In this document: in pieces, positions 8,392 through 16,244 of the stretch | Layout: each line of letters begins with the position of its first letter | Numbering within the stretch: position 1 is the first letter of the stretch | Assembly: GCA_049510745.1 (NCBI GenBank) | Contig: JBEKYR010000069.1 | Location: 1 to 16,244 of the forward strand | DNA from: Verrucomicrobiota bacterium | GTDB taxonomy: Bacteria > Verrucomicrobiota > Verrucomicrobiia > Limisphaerales > Palsa-1400 | Direction: 5' to 3' | Length of the DNA stretch: 16,244 nt | Notes under the pieces: generated by a model | The model's database searches: none | Seen by the model: the letters and a program-made list of their open reading frames with translations, nothing else | Told to the model about the DNA's origin: nothing | Translations under genes and position numbers: made by a program

Positions 8392-9267
8392 CTACTGCCA
8401 GCCCGGAAAGCGATACCGCTGATAAAAGTAGGTGTAGTCCGCGTCATGCGTTGTCGGCAAGTTTCCCGACAGCGGTTTTCCAGCGGCTTCCGTCAATCCG
8501 TAGGCAATAATCTCCGGATCCGTCCATCTATGATACTCGGCATGGCCATCCGCGAAGGCGAACGTGCTGACGTCACCATGGTACATGGACAAGGCATCCA
8601 CCCAATTGAAGAAGCGCCCGGCAAGGTTCCACTCCACCACGAAAGTGCCGTCATTGTAGCCGCGCCAGTCCGCCTGTTCGGCAAATACGAATGTCATGGC
8701 GGAAGCGTTGACAACCGAGAGTTTGGTATAGGTTGCGCCAGTGCCCCAATAACTCTCGGTGGGATCGCCTCCCACATTTTGAGTTTTTGCGTAACTGTCA
8801 TACGCCCAGCCAACATCCCCGCCAGGACGCGGGGTCAGGTTAAAGCGCGTGTCTCCCGGGCAATGGTAAATGCCAGGGTTGCGAGCGTAAGGAAAAAGCG
8901 GATTATTTGTTTGGAGCAGGCCTTGCACCAAACTCAGATCGTATGTCGCCGAGTTGGCGCCCAGCAAGGCCGGAAAGCTTGAATCGTTAAGGCCGGGAGG
9001 CAAAAGCCAAAAACCGTCTCCGGAATACAGCACATAGGGAACGATCTTGTCGCCATTATCGCCGGCATACATCGAGAAAGCAAGACCAAGCTGCTTTTCG
9101 TTGCTAAGGCAGTCTGCCTTCGTCGCCTGTAACTTTGACCTGGCCAAAGCCGGCAAAAGCAATGCCGCCAGAATGGCGATGATGGCAATGACCACCAACA
9201 GTTCAATCAGGGTGAAAGCCCCGCCGCTGACGGAGTGGGGCAATGCTTGTCTGCCGGTATTCTTCAT
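8392..9267 (-). CDS. Prepilin-type N-terminal cleavage/methylation protein with H-X9-DG motif (DUF1559-like pseudopilin)
   Basis: [43 protein letters not shown] and [15 protein letters not shown] (H-X9-DG). Confidence 0.95.
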   Translation of the reverse strand: MKNTGRQALPHSVSGGAFTLIELLVVIAIIAILAALLLPALARSKLQATKADCLSNEKQLGLAFSMYAGDNGDKIVPYVLYSGDGFWLLPPGLNDSSFPALLGANSATYDLSLVQGLLQTNNPLFPYARNPGIYHCPGDTRFNLTPRPGGDVGWAYDSYAKTQNVGGDPTESYWGTGATYTKLSVVNASAMTFVFAEQADWRGYNDGTFVVEWNLAGRFFNWVDALSMYHGDVSTFAFADGHAEYHRWTDPEIIAYGLTEAAGKPLSGNLPTTHDADYTYFYQRYRFPGWQ

Positions 9268-9307
9268 GGTTCCTGTCCTTGTTTCTGCCTGGAAAGCATC
9301 CTGGCCG

Positions 9308-9347
9308 GCAATGGCGCGGGGTCGTGGATGCCGACCCCGCCCATTGC
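9308..9347. promoter_or_regulatory. Strong intergenic stem-loop without a U-tract
   Basis: GCAATGG-c-GCGGGGTCG [TGGATGC] CGACCCCGC-CCATTGC: 16 bp with one bulge, 22 nt after the LamG gene stop. Confidence 0.7.
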
Positions 9348-9369
9348 ACAGGCATCTTGCGTCAACGGT

Positions 9370-12249
9370 TCATTCCCTTCTGAGCTGGAAGAACTGCGCT
9401 GACGACCCATTGGCAGGCAGGCTTATCTGGAAACTGCCGCCCACAATGCTTGGAGTCGTGCCGACCGCGCTCCAACTCGCGCCCGCTCCCAGAGCGGGAC
9501 TGGAATACGGCGTGAAACTCGGCGACGCATAATTGGTCGGCCACGAAAAGACGATATTGCCGTTGCTGACCATCGCCGAAAGCGGCGGCGTCAACAGGTA
9601 ATTCGGTCCCAGTTGATCGGTCACCGCAACGTCCCCGGCGAGCAACCGGCCGGAATAAATGCGGAATTCATCAATCGAGCCGGCGAGCCACGGGTCTCCG
9701 TAATTCCACCACGGCGACCTGCCGAGGGCGGCGGCGTTGGTGGATGCATTGCCAGAGAGAGACGCGCTCACAGACTGGCTGGCTTGAAGCACGCCGTTGG
9801 TGTAGATTGCCTCCTGCCCGTCAACGGGATCATAAACGCAGACGACATGCAGATTCAGACCCCCCAGTCCCGGAGTACCCACAAGGACCTTATCCCCGCC
9901 ACCGCTGAGTTCGAGTTGGTCTTTGGTATTGCTGCTTTCTTTGAGGATAAAGCGAAGGTAGTTGCCACCCTGGCCAACGCCATCGTCGAACGAAAACAAG
10001 CATGTGTTATCGGGCAGCACAGCATTGGTGAGCCATGCCTCAACGGTCAAGACTTGCAAGCCGTTTAACAGCCCGCCGGGAAGACTGACATAAGTGCCGT
10101 AGGTGCCGTCCAGCGCCACCTGGCCGCTGCCATTGACCGCGGCATTGCCCTCCAATGCGCCAACGGCGCCGGCCACCGAATCGGTCACGCTGAGGCTTCC
10201 CGCCGGTTCGCTGAAACTCCAGCGATAGAGCAACTGCGCGTACGCCGGGTGGACAACTGTAATCGTCCCGGTGGCGGTGAAACCCTGATAGACAGCCGTG
10301 ATGGTGGCCGTTCCGGGGCTGAGCGACGTCAGGACATTGTTCGCGTTGACGCTGATAACGTTGGTGGCGCTGGAAGTGATCGTCAACCCGGCCACCGGGA
10401 AGATGCTATTGGCAATGAGGTTGAAGTTCGTCAGGTTGGCATAGGTGGCCAACAAGGCGGGCGTCACCGATGCCGCCATGTTCATCGTCGCCGGCAATTG
10501 CAGGGCGATGGATTTAAGCGCTCCCGGCTCGGTGGTGCTCAGGACTTGCGGCCCGGCCAGGTAATGGAGCGCGACCTCCTGGGGAGTCAGTTCGCCGGAG
10601 TAGATGCGGAACTCCGAGATGGAGCCGTTCAGGTAGGGATCCCCGTAGGCATGCCACGGTGATTGGCCCAGCGAAGCCTCATTGGAGGAAACACCGCTCA
10701 AGGCAGTCGTTACTCCGGTTCGCAGCGCTTCCAGGGCGCCGTTCGTGAAGATGGCCTGCACCTGCGCGACCGGATCATAAATGGTGATGATCTGGAGCAA
10801 GCCGCTTCCGCCAAAGCCCACCCCCGCTGACAGGAACTGATTCCCACCGGTGCTGACATCCGCCAATTCGGAGAAGTTGCGGGTGTTGCCCGAATCGTGC
10901 AACACGTAACGGTAGTAGGCGTTGCCGGTCCCGTTGCCGTCGCTGAACTCATACAAATGCACATTGTCCGGCGATGTCGCGTTGGTCGCCACCCAGCCCT
11001 CGCACGTCACAGTTTGAATGCCGGTGAGCAGATTAGTCCCCAATTCGACATAGGTCCCCGCTGATCCGTCCAGGTTCACGTTCGTGCCGTCGAGATTGGC
11101 GTTGCCTTGCAAGGTCGCGACAACGCCGTGGACAGAATCCGTCACCGTCATGCTGCCCGCCGGCGGGATGAAGAAGCTCCAGCGATTGCTCAAGGCCGCG
11201 ACCGGCGGCGAAACGCTGATGGTTTGGGTGCTTGAGGCCGTTCCGAAACTCGCCGTAACGGTCGTGGAACCGGCGGCGACGGCGCCAATCAAGCCCGTGG
11301 AGCTGACCGTGAGAACGTTGGTGTTGCCGGAGGCGTAGCTCGCCAGCAAGGCGATATTGGGGTGAATACTCAGGCCCGAAGCCGACGCGATCACCACGGC
11401 TTGCTGCAGCCCGTGTTCCGTCATCAGATACGCGACCTGCAATTGCACATTGGTCACGGTGCCATAGTTGGTGCTCACGGTGTTCGGGCCGGCGGCGTCG
11501 AGGGCGGCCACCTGGAGCGGGTTAAGCGCGGCATTCCAGATGCGGAACTCAGCGATGGTGCCGGCCATGTACGGATCACCGTAATTATGCCACGGTGATT
11601 GGCCGAGCGAAGCTTCATTGGTTGACACGCTGCTCAACGGGGTTTGGTTGGCGGGAAAGGTTCGCAGGGCCTCAAGCACGCCATTGGTGTAAATCGCCTG
11701 CACGCCGGCGACCTGATCATAGGTGCAGACGACATGCAGAGGCACTCCCCCAAAACCCGTTCCTGATCTCACCTGTTGATTGGGGACTCCGCCGGTGAAA
11801 TCGGCCAGTTCAAACTGATTGTCACTGTTGGCAACACCGGCGACAGGATCGTGGATCACATACCGGGCGTACACGGCGCCTGTGCCCGCCCCGTCGCTGA
11901 ATTCAAACAGATGAACATTGTCGGGCGTCGCAGAGCTGTTCACCCAACCCTCCAGAGCCACGGCTTGCAGGCCGTACAACAGCGCCCCGGGCAGGCTGAC
12001 ATCCGTTCCACCGCTGGCGTCCAGCACCACGTTGGTGCCGTCAAAGTAAGCGTCGCCCTCCAGAGTGGCGATTTGACTGCCAATCGAATCGGTGACCGTG
12101 CCCCCGCTGCCCGGCGAGGTCGCCACTCCGCCGTTGTTGAAACTCCAGCGGTTGAGCAGCGTTTGCGCCGGAGCCGCCATTTGCATCGTCAGGAAGATCG
12201 CGCTGCCCGCCGCGATGATTAACCACGAACTTGAGAGATTGTGTTTCAT
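9370..12249 (-). CDS. Secreted protein with three LamG-like jelly-roll domains separated by Ig-like (Big_2-type) domains
   Basis: Signal peptide; three repeats beginning L(N/Y)RWSF and ending (I/D)xEFRI(W/Y)...GP; two Ig-like linkers (SGNTNVLTVSSTGLI...GSTTVTASF; SSATNVISV...PGTATITAVY); C-terminal WP...W...FFQL domain. No catalytic domain recognised. Confidence 0.88.
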   Translation of the reverse strand: MKHNLSSSWLIIAAGSAIFLTMQMAAPAQTLLNRWSFNNGGVATSPGSGGTVTDSIGSQIATLEGDAYFDGTNVVLDASGGTDVSLPGALLYGLQAVALEGWVNSSATPDNVHLFEFSDGAGTGAVYARYVIHDPVAGVANSDNQFELADFTGGVPNQQVRSGTGFGGVPLHVVCTYDQVAGVQAIYTNGVLEALRTFPANQTPLSSVSTNEASLGQSPWHNYGDPYMAGTIAEFRIWNAALNPLQVAALDAAGPNTVSTNYGTVTNVQLQVAYLMTEHGLQQAVVIASASGLSIHPNIALLASYASGNTNVLTVSSTGLIGAVAAGSTTVTASFGTASSTQTISVSPPVAALSNRWSFFIPPAGSMTVTDSVHGVVATLQGNANLDGTNVNLDGSAGTYVELGTNLLTGIQTVTCEGWVATNATSPDNVHLYEFSDGNGTGNAYYRYVLHDSGNTRNFSELADVSTGGNQFLSAGVGFGGSGLLQIITIYDPVAQVQAIFTNGALEALRTGVTTALSGVSSNEASLGQSPWHAYGDPYLNGSISEFRIYSGELTPQEVALHYLAGPQVLSTTEPGALKSIALQLPATMNMAASVTPALLATYANLTNFNLIANSIFPVAGLTITSSATNVISVNANNVLTSLSPGTATITAVYQGFTATGTITVVHPAYAQLLYRWSFSEPAGSLSVTDSVAGAVGALEGNAAVNGSGQVALDGTYGTYVSLPGGLLNGLQVLTVEAWLTNAVLPDNTCLFSFDDGVGQGGNYLRFILKESSNTKDQLELSGGGDKVLVGTPGLGGLNLHVVCVYDPVDGQEAIYTNGVLQASQSVSASLSGNASTNAAALGRSPWWNYGDPWLAGSIDEFRIYSGRLLAGDVAVTDQLGPNYLLTPPLSAMVSNGNIVFSWPTNYASPSFTPYSSPALGAGASWSAVGTTPSIVGGSFQISLPANGSSAQFFQLRRE

Positions 12250-12327
12250 GTGTTAGTTGGATTGTTTTTTCATTGCGCGCGAGAGGGGCTGCCTTCCGCA
12301 AGGCACACCTCTCGGGCTTCAATCACA

Positions 12328-12356
12328 CACGCGCGTTTGTGCTCCGAAGTCCGCCA
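12328..12356 (-). promoter_or_regulatory. Candidate ECF promoter TGGCGGAC-N14-GCGCGTG upstream of the LamG operon
   Basis: Identical bipartite motif and spacing to 14646-14674. Confidence 0.75.
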
Positions 12357-12418
12357 ACTTTGTTTGAGTTTTTCCCGCGGCCAGGCTTGAAGAGATTTCC
12401 CGCCGCCCGCCGCCCACC

Positions 12419-14626
12419 CTATTTTCCAATCAAACTCTCCGCTTCCCGCAGCAGGAGGCGGGCAAAGACCCAGTCATACCAAAACCCGTCCCCGCCGTTG
12501 CCGCGGTCAAGACCCGCCTGGAATTTGCCCTCGATGATGGCCCGGCCCTGGGCCAGCTCGCTGCGGGCTTCGTCGGCCCGGCCGTCTTTGTGACAGGCCA
12601 TGGCCATGATGATGCGGGTCGTCGCCTCCAACGCCGTGCCTTTGTCCCTGCCCGCGAGGCGCCGGCACCAAGCTTCAGCCTGGCCGTAGTCGCCGTGGCG
12701 ATAATCCCAAAAGCTCAGATGAATTAACGCCCAGTCCGGAAAATTTTCCTCCGGGAGGGGCGCGAAATACTTTTCCGCCACATCCGCCATCGGCTGCAAT
12801 TGTGCCATCAACTCTTTGTCCGGGGGCAGCAACAAGCAGGTTTTGAGGATGCGTCCGGCCATGTCCCCGTTTGTCGTGGCGCCATAATTGGCCACGGCCG
12901 TCTGGCAAAAACGCGCGTAGTGTTCCCGGTCGCCGCATTCGGCCAGGACCGCGCCGCATTTCTGATAGTCCAGGGTGACGACCTGCCACTCGTCCAGCCG
13001 GTCAATTTGCATGAGCAGGAGAAAATGATTCACCGCCTCGCGCCACCGGCCCTGCAGAGCCAGCCACTCGCCCACGCGCCGATAAGCATTCACGCCGTCA
13101 AAGCTCGGCTTGGACGGAAGCGTCTTGACCTCGCCCAAAAGCTGGTCGGCCTCCTCAAATTTGTCCTGGCTCACGTAAATGGCCGCCTGATTGATCCTTT
13201 CCTTGGCCTCGGCCTGAAGGCGCAGTTCATTTTCCCGCTTCTCCGCCTGCTCGGCCTGTTCCCGCAGGCGGGCCTGTTCCCGCCAGGCCTCCTTCTCCTG
13301 GAAAAAAAGAAACGTGGACGCCCCCAGTCCGATGACCAGCGCGACGGCCACCGCCGCGCCCGAGGCAAAAACAAATTTGTTCCGCCGGACCAGTTTCTGA
13401 AAGCGATACAGCCGGCTTGGCGGACGCGCGGCAACCGGCTCGTTGTTCAAGTAACGCAGCGCGTCCATCGCCAGCCCGTTGGCGGTTTCATAACGGCGCG
13501 TGCGGTCTTTTTCCAGCGCCTTCATCACGATCCAGTCCAGGTCGCCTTTGAGCAGTGAAATCAATTTGGGCGCCTCGGCGTGACGATGTTCCGCGGTCGC
13601 TTTCAATTCCGTTCCGTGCAAGGTGGTGAGAATGTTGGAAGGCCGCCGCGGCTCGTCCTCGCGCAAAGTCCGGCGCATTTCGTCCAAACCCGATTTCACC
13701 AGCTCCTTCCCGTCAAACGGCGTCCGGCCCGTGAGCAATTCGTAAAGCAGCACGCCGAGGCTGTAAATATCGCTGCGCGTGTCCACGTCCAGGCCGCTCA
13801 TCTCCGCCTGTTCGGGACTCATGTAAGCCGGCGTGCCGACCAGTTGTTCGTATGCGGTGAAAAGGGTTTGCTCCGTCAATCTTCCTTCAATCGCCTTGGC
13901 AATTCCAAAATCGATCACCTTCGGCACGGGCACGCCGTCGTGCATCGTCACCAAAATGTTCGACGGTTTGATGTCGCGGTGAATGACGCCCTTCTGGTGC
14001 GCGTGCTGGATGGCGTGGCAGGCCTGGATGAACAATTCCAGCCGCTGCCGCGTGTCGAGGTGGTTTTGGTCGCAGTATTCGGTGATTTTGACCCCGCGCA
14101 CCAGTTCCATCACGAAATAAGGCCGCCCGGTTTCGGTCGCGGCCGCGTCCAGCACGCGCGCGATGTTCGGATGATCCATCAACGCCAGCGCCTGCCGCTC
14201 CGCGTCAAAGCGCGCGATGACGCTCTTGGTGTCCATGCCGAGCTTGATGACCTTCAACGCCACGCGCCGGCGCACGGGGTCCTCCTGCTCGGCCATATAG
14301 ACCACGCCGCAGCCGCCTTCGCCGATCCGTTGCAGCAGTTTGTAGCGGCCAATCTGCGTGCCAATCTGCTCGTCCAGGCCGGCCGTTTCCTTGAGGCCGT
14401 CCGCCACGGCGGCGGGAAATTCCTCCGGCGGCAGATGCAGCGCGCAATTGCCCTTCGCAAAAAAATGCTCGGCGTCGCCCTGCGCGGAAAGCATCTCCTC
14501 CACCACCGCGCGCAAACCGGGATTGCCCGAGCAGGCCTGGTCCAGAAACCGTTTCCGCTCTTCCAGGTCGGCCAGGTTCAGCGCGGTGAAAAAAACGGCG
14601 TCTTCCAGTTGTTTCGATGCGCTCAT
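12419..14626 (-). CDS. Hanks-type Ser/Thr protein kinase with a hydrophobic segment and TPR-like C-terminus
   Basis: IGEGGCGVVY, VALKVIK, HRDIKPSN, DFGIAK, GTPAYMSPEQ and DIYSLG; hydrophobic FVFASGAAVAVALVIGLGASTFLFF; helical repeats follow. Confidence 0.97.
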   Translation of the reverse strand: MSASKQLEDAVFFTALNLADLEERKRFLDQACSGNPGLRAVVEEMLSAQGDAEHFFAKGNCALHLPPEEFPAAVADGLKETAGLDEQIGTQIGRYKLLQRIGEGGCGVVYMAEQEDPVRRRVALKVIKLGMDTKSVIARFDAERQALALMDHPNIARVLDAAATETGRPYFVMELVRGVKITEYCDQNHLDTRQRLELFIQACHAIQHAHQKGVIHRDIKPSNILVTMHDGVPVPKVIDFGIAKAIEGRLTEQTLFTAYEQLVGTPAYMSPEQAEMSGLDVDTRSDIYSLGVLLYELLTGRTPFDGKELVKSGLDEMRRTLREDEPRRPSNILTTLHGTELKATAEHRHAEAPKLISLLKGDLDWIVMKALEKDRTRRYETANGLAMDALRYLNNEPVAARPPSRLYRFQKLVRRNKFVFASGAAVAVALVIGLGASTFLFFQEKEAWREQARLREQAEQAEKRENELRLQAEAKERINQAAIYVSQDKFEEADQLLGEVKTLPSKPSFDGVNAYRRVGEWLALQGRWREAVNHFLLLMQIDRLDEWQVVTLDYQKCGAVLAECGDREHYARFCQTAVANYGATTNGDMAGRILKTCLLLPPDKELMAQLQPMADVAEKYFAPLPEENFPDWALIHLSFWDYRHGDYGQAEAWCRRLAGRDKGTALEATTRIIMAMACHKDGRADEARSELAQGRAIIEGKFQAGLDRGNGGDGFWYDWVFARLLLREAESLIGK

Positions 14627-14645
14627 CGCCGGTGTCCAACTAAAT

Positions 14646-14674
14646 CACGCGCCACCGCGGCATTTTGTCCGCCA
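14646..14674 (-). promoter_or_regulatory. Candidate ECF promoter TGGCGGAC-N14-GCGCGTG upstream of the kinase
   Basis: Lies in the 60-bp sigma-kinase gap; identical to the motif at 12328-12356. Confidence 0.75.
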
Positions 14675-14686
14675 CAAAAACTCCAT

Positions 14687-15244
14687 TCAATTTTGCGAAC
14701 GGACCCAGCGGAACAAGCGCGCCTTGGCGCACGCCCACTGCCGTTCCACCGTGCGCTGGCTGACACCCAGGTTCTCCGCCACCTCCTGGTTGGTCAGTCC
14801 GCCAAAGAATTTCAGCACCACCACGCGCGCCTGCTCCGGGTCCTCCCGCTCCAGCTTCTCCAGCGCCTCGTTGATGAGCAGCACATTGTCATCGGGCGTC
14901 GTCTCCGCCAGTTCCAATTCGTCAATGTCCAGCCGCACCTGGCCCGCGCCGCGTTTCAACCGCGATTTCCGCCGCGCCTTGTCAATCAGGATGCGCCGCA
15001 TCGCGTCCGCCGCCGCCCCGAAAAAATGGGCGCGGTTCTGCCATGACCGCTCGCCCGCGCCGACCAGTTGCAGCCACGCCTCATGCACCAGCGCCGTCGG
15101 CTGCAAGGTCTGTCCGGCAGCCTCCTGCGCCATGCGCGCCGCCGCCAGCCGTCGCAACTCATCGTACACCAGCGGCAGCAAATCCTCGGACGCCTTGCTC
15201 TCGCCCCGCTCGATGGCCTGCAACACCAAGGTGATTTCACTCAT
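14687..15244 (-). CDS. ECF sigma factor, PVC-type kinase-associated family (TIGR02999-like)
   Basis: ITLVL...LLPLVYDELRRLAA...QTLQPTALVHEAWL...HFFGAAADAMRRILID...LKFFGGLTNQEVAENLGVSQRTVERQW. Start MSEIT at 15244 preferred over 15283. Confidence 0.95.
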   Translation of the reverse strand: MSEITLVLQAIERGESKASEDLLPLVYDELRRLAAARMAQEAAGQTLQPTALVHEAWLQLVGAGERSWQNRAHFFGAAADAMRRILIDKARRKSRLKRGAGQVRLDIDELELAETTPDDNVLLINEALEKLEREDPEQARVVVLKFFGGLTNQEVAENLGVSQRTVERQWACAKARLFRWVRSQN

Positions 15245-15362
15245 GTTTTTCCGGAGCTTCTGGCACAGGGTATCATCTCGCATTGACCAATACCATATAA
15301 GTCAAGATTGAATCAATTAATTCCGAGTACGCCCATCCTGTGTCATCGAGTGGCTCCATGAC

Positions 15363-15626
15363 ATGAACTGGCATCCAGAAGCCGACGCGATTGAAGCGAA
15401 GCTCGATTCAATGCCCGTCGGCAAGGAGGCCATGACGGAGGTCGACCCGAACGGCGCGAGAGCCAGCGAACGGGACAGCATCGCATCGTTCCTGAATTGG
15501 ATATACGGATGGGGCCTTGAAACCGAAGGATGGAAAGAGACCAAAGGCGCGGTACTCGTCGAGGAATTATGGGCCTTAATCACCACCTTAACCATAATGC
15601 CTTTCGGAAAGTCCCCTGGGTTTTGA
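15363..15626 (+). pseudogene. Hypothetical protein probably truncated by the IS insertion at 15595
   Basis: Protein-like 87-aa ORF whose last ~10 codons (IMPFGKSPGF*) are read from the putative IS end. Confidence 0.45.
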
Positions 15627-15695
15627 CAGCCTGACGGCGCTTCGGGGCAGATAAAGATCATTTCCTTTACAAAAAGCATCGGAAATAAAATTCGC

Positions 15696-15724
15696 TTGTG
15701 TCTATGATTTAACATAGATATATT
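15696..15724 (+). promoter_or_regulatory. Sigma70-like promoter with a palindrome in the spacer
   Basis: TTGTGT (15696-15701), 17 bp, TATATT (15719-15724); inverted repeat TCTATG-N6-CATAGA at 15701-15718; ATG 6 nt downstream. Confidence 0.6.
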
Positions 15725-15730
15725 CCCGGT

Positions 15731-15955
15731 ATGCCATATCCGACAACAGTCCAACTGATCCAGCGCCGGCGCTCCCAACAGTGGTATGTGAACTTCCCGG
15801 CGGCCGTCGCCAACGCCTTGGACTTCTCCAAAGGCGAGACGGTCGAATGGACGGTTTTGGACCGTCGCCGGCTCCTGCTGGCCCGTCGCCGAGTGCCCCA
15901 AGCCCCGGCCATCACCACCCCCAAGAACCACGCACGGCCAAAATCCCATGAATAA
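15731..15955 (+). CDS. Small AbrB/MazE-like DNA-binding protein within the IS
   Basis: 74 aa; QWYVNFPAAVANALDFSKGETVEW matches the swapped-hairpin pattern (V.IP......L....GD.V.W). Confidence 0.75.
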   Translation: MPYPTTVQLIQRRRSQQWYVNFPAAVANALDFSKGETVEWTVLDRRRLLLARRRVPQAPAITTPKNHARPKSHE

Positions 15956-16244
15956 AAAAAACGCCTGCCACCCAGAACCCTCGCGGCGCTGCCCAGGGCG
16001 AGCAGGACTCCAGCGGTTTCCTGGCGGCGCTGGGTGAGTTGATCTCCCCAAAAGCACTCCAGTCGCTGGCGGGCTGGCGCAGCAGCCCGCGCGGGCGCAA
16101 AGCCCGCGTGCCCTTGACTCAATTGCTGCCCGCCCTGATCTTTCACTTCATGAGCGGCGCCGGCACATTGGCCGAACACTTCTTCCAGTTGTATCAGGCC
16201 CCCTTGGCCGACAGTTCGTGGTCGGATCGGCGGGCGCGTTTGCC
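15948..16244 (+). CDS. IS4-like transposase, N-terminal part; ATG out of frame across an A8 tract
   Basis: Frame open from 15952 to the window end: KKTPATQNP...GRKARVPLTQLLPALIFHFMSGAGTLAEHFFQLYQAPLADSSWSDRRARL, resembling the IS4 N-terminal helical region. The DDE core lies beyond the window. Confidence 0.7.

Larger units (their letters stand above)
15595..16244 (+). mobile_element. IS4-family-like insertion sequence, left part (runs off window)
   Basis: Begins TAATGCCTTTCGGAAAG (IS4 terminal repeats begin TAATGCC); contains a small ORF followed by a transposase N-terminus. The right end is not visible. Confidence 0.7.

Noticed and set aside
15317..16179. Minus-strand ORFs of 246 and 156 aa
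   Set aside because: Antisense to the IS genes; the longer one crosses the IS boundary; no motifs.

Overview
GC-rich bacterial window; the gene families point to Verrucomicrobiota (Pedosphaera/Limisphaera-like, inferred). Left to right: (1) the last three repeats of a CRISPR array with type I-G-like 36-nt repeats (35-217), ending about 230 bp before a tRNA-Gly 3'-end fragment (448-470) that is flanked by integrase arm-type/IHF-like repeats, i.e. a likely att junction; (2) a lower-GC mosaic of five truncated gene pieces (772-3044): a frameshifted P-loop ATPase, an unannotated fragment, a divergent dCTP-deaminase-fold piece fused in frame to an ankyrin-like C-terminus, and a convergent hypothetical C-terminus; (3) an intact minus-strand cluster: ECF sigma, Ser/Thr kinase, triple-LamG secreted protein, H-X9-DG pseudopilin and two GH29 alpha-L-fucosidases, a SusC/D-free glycan-utilisation locus with an identical candidate ECF promoter (TGGCGGAC-N14-GCGCGTG) in front of both the kinase and the LamG gene; (4) the left end of an IS4-like element with an AbrB-like small gene and a transposase whose ATG is out of frame across an A8 tract. 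All family calls are from motif recognition; no searches were run.
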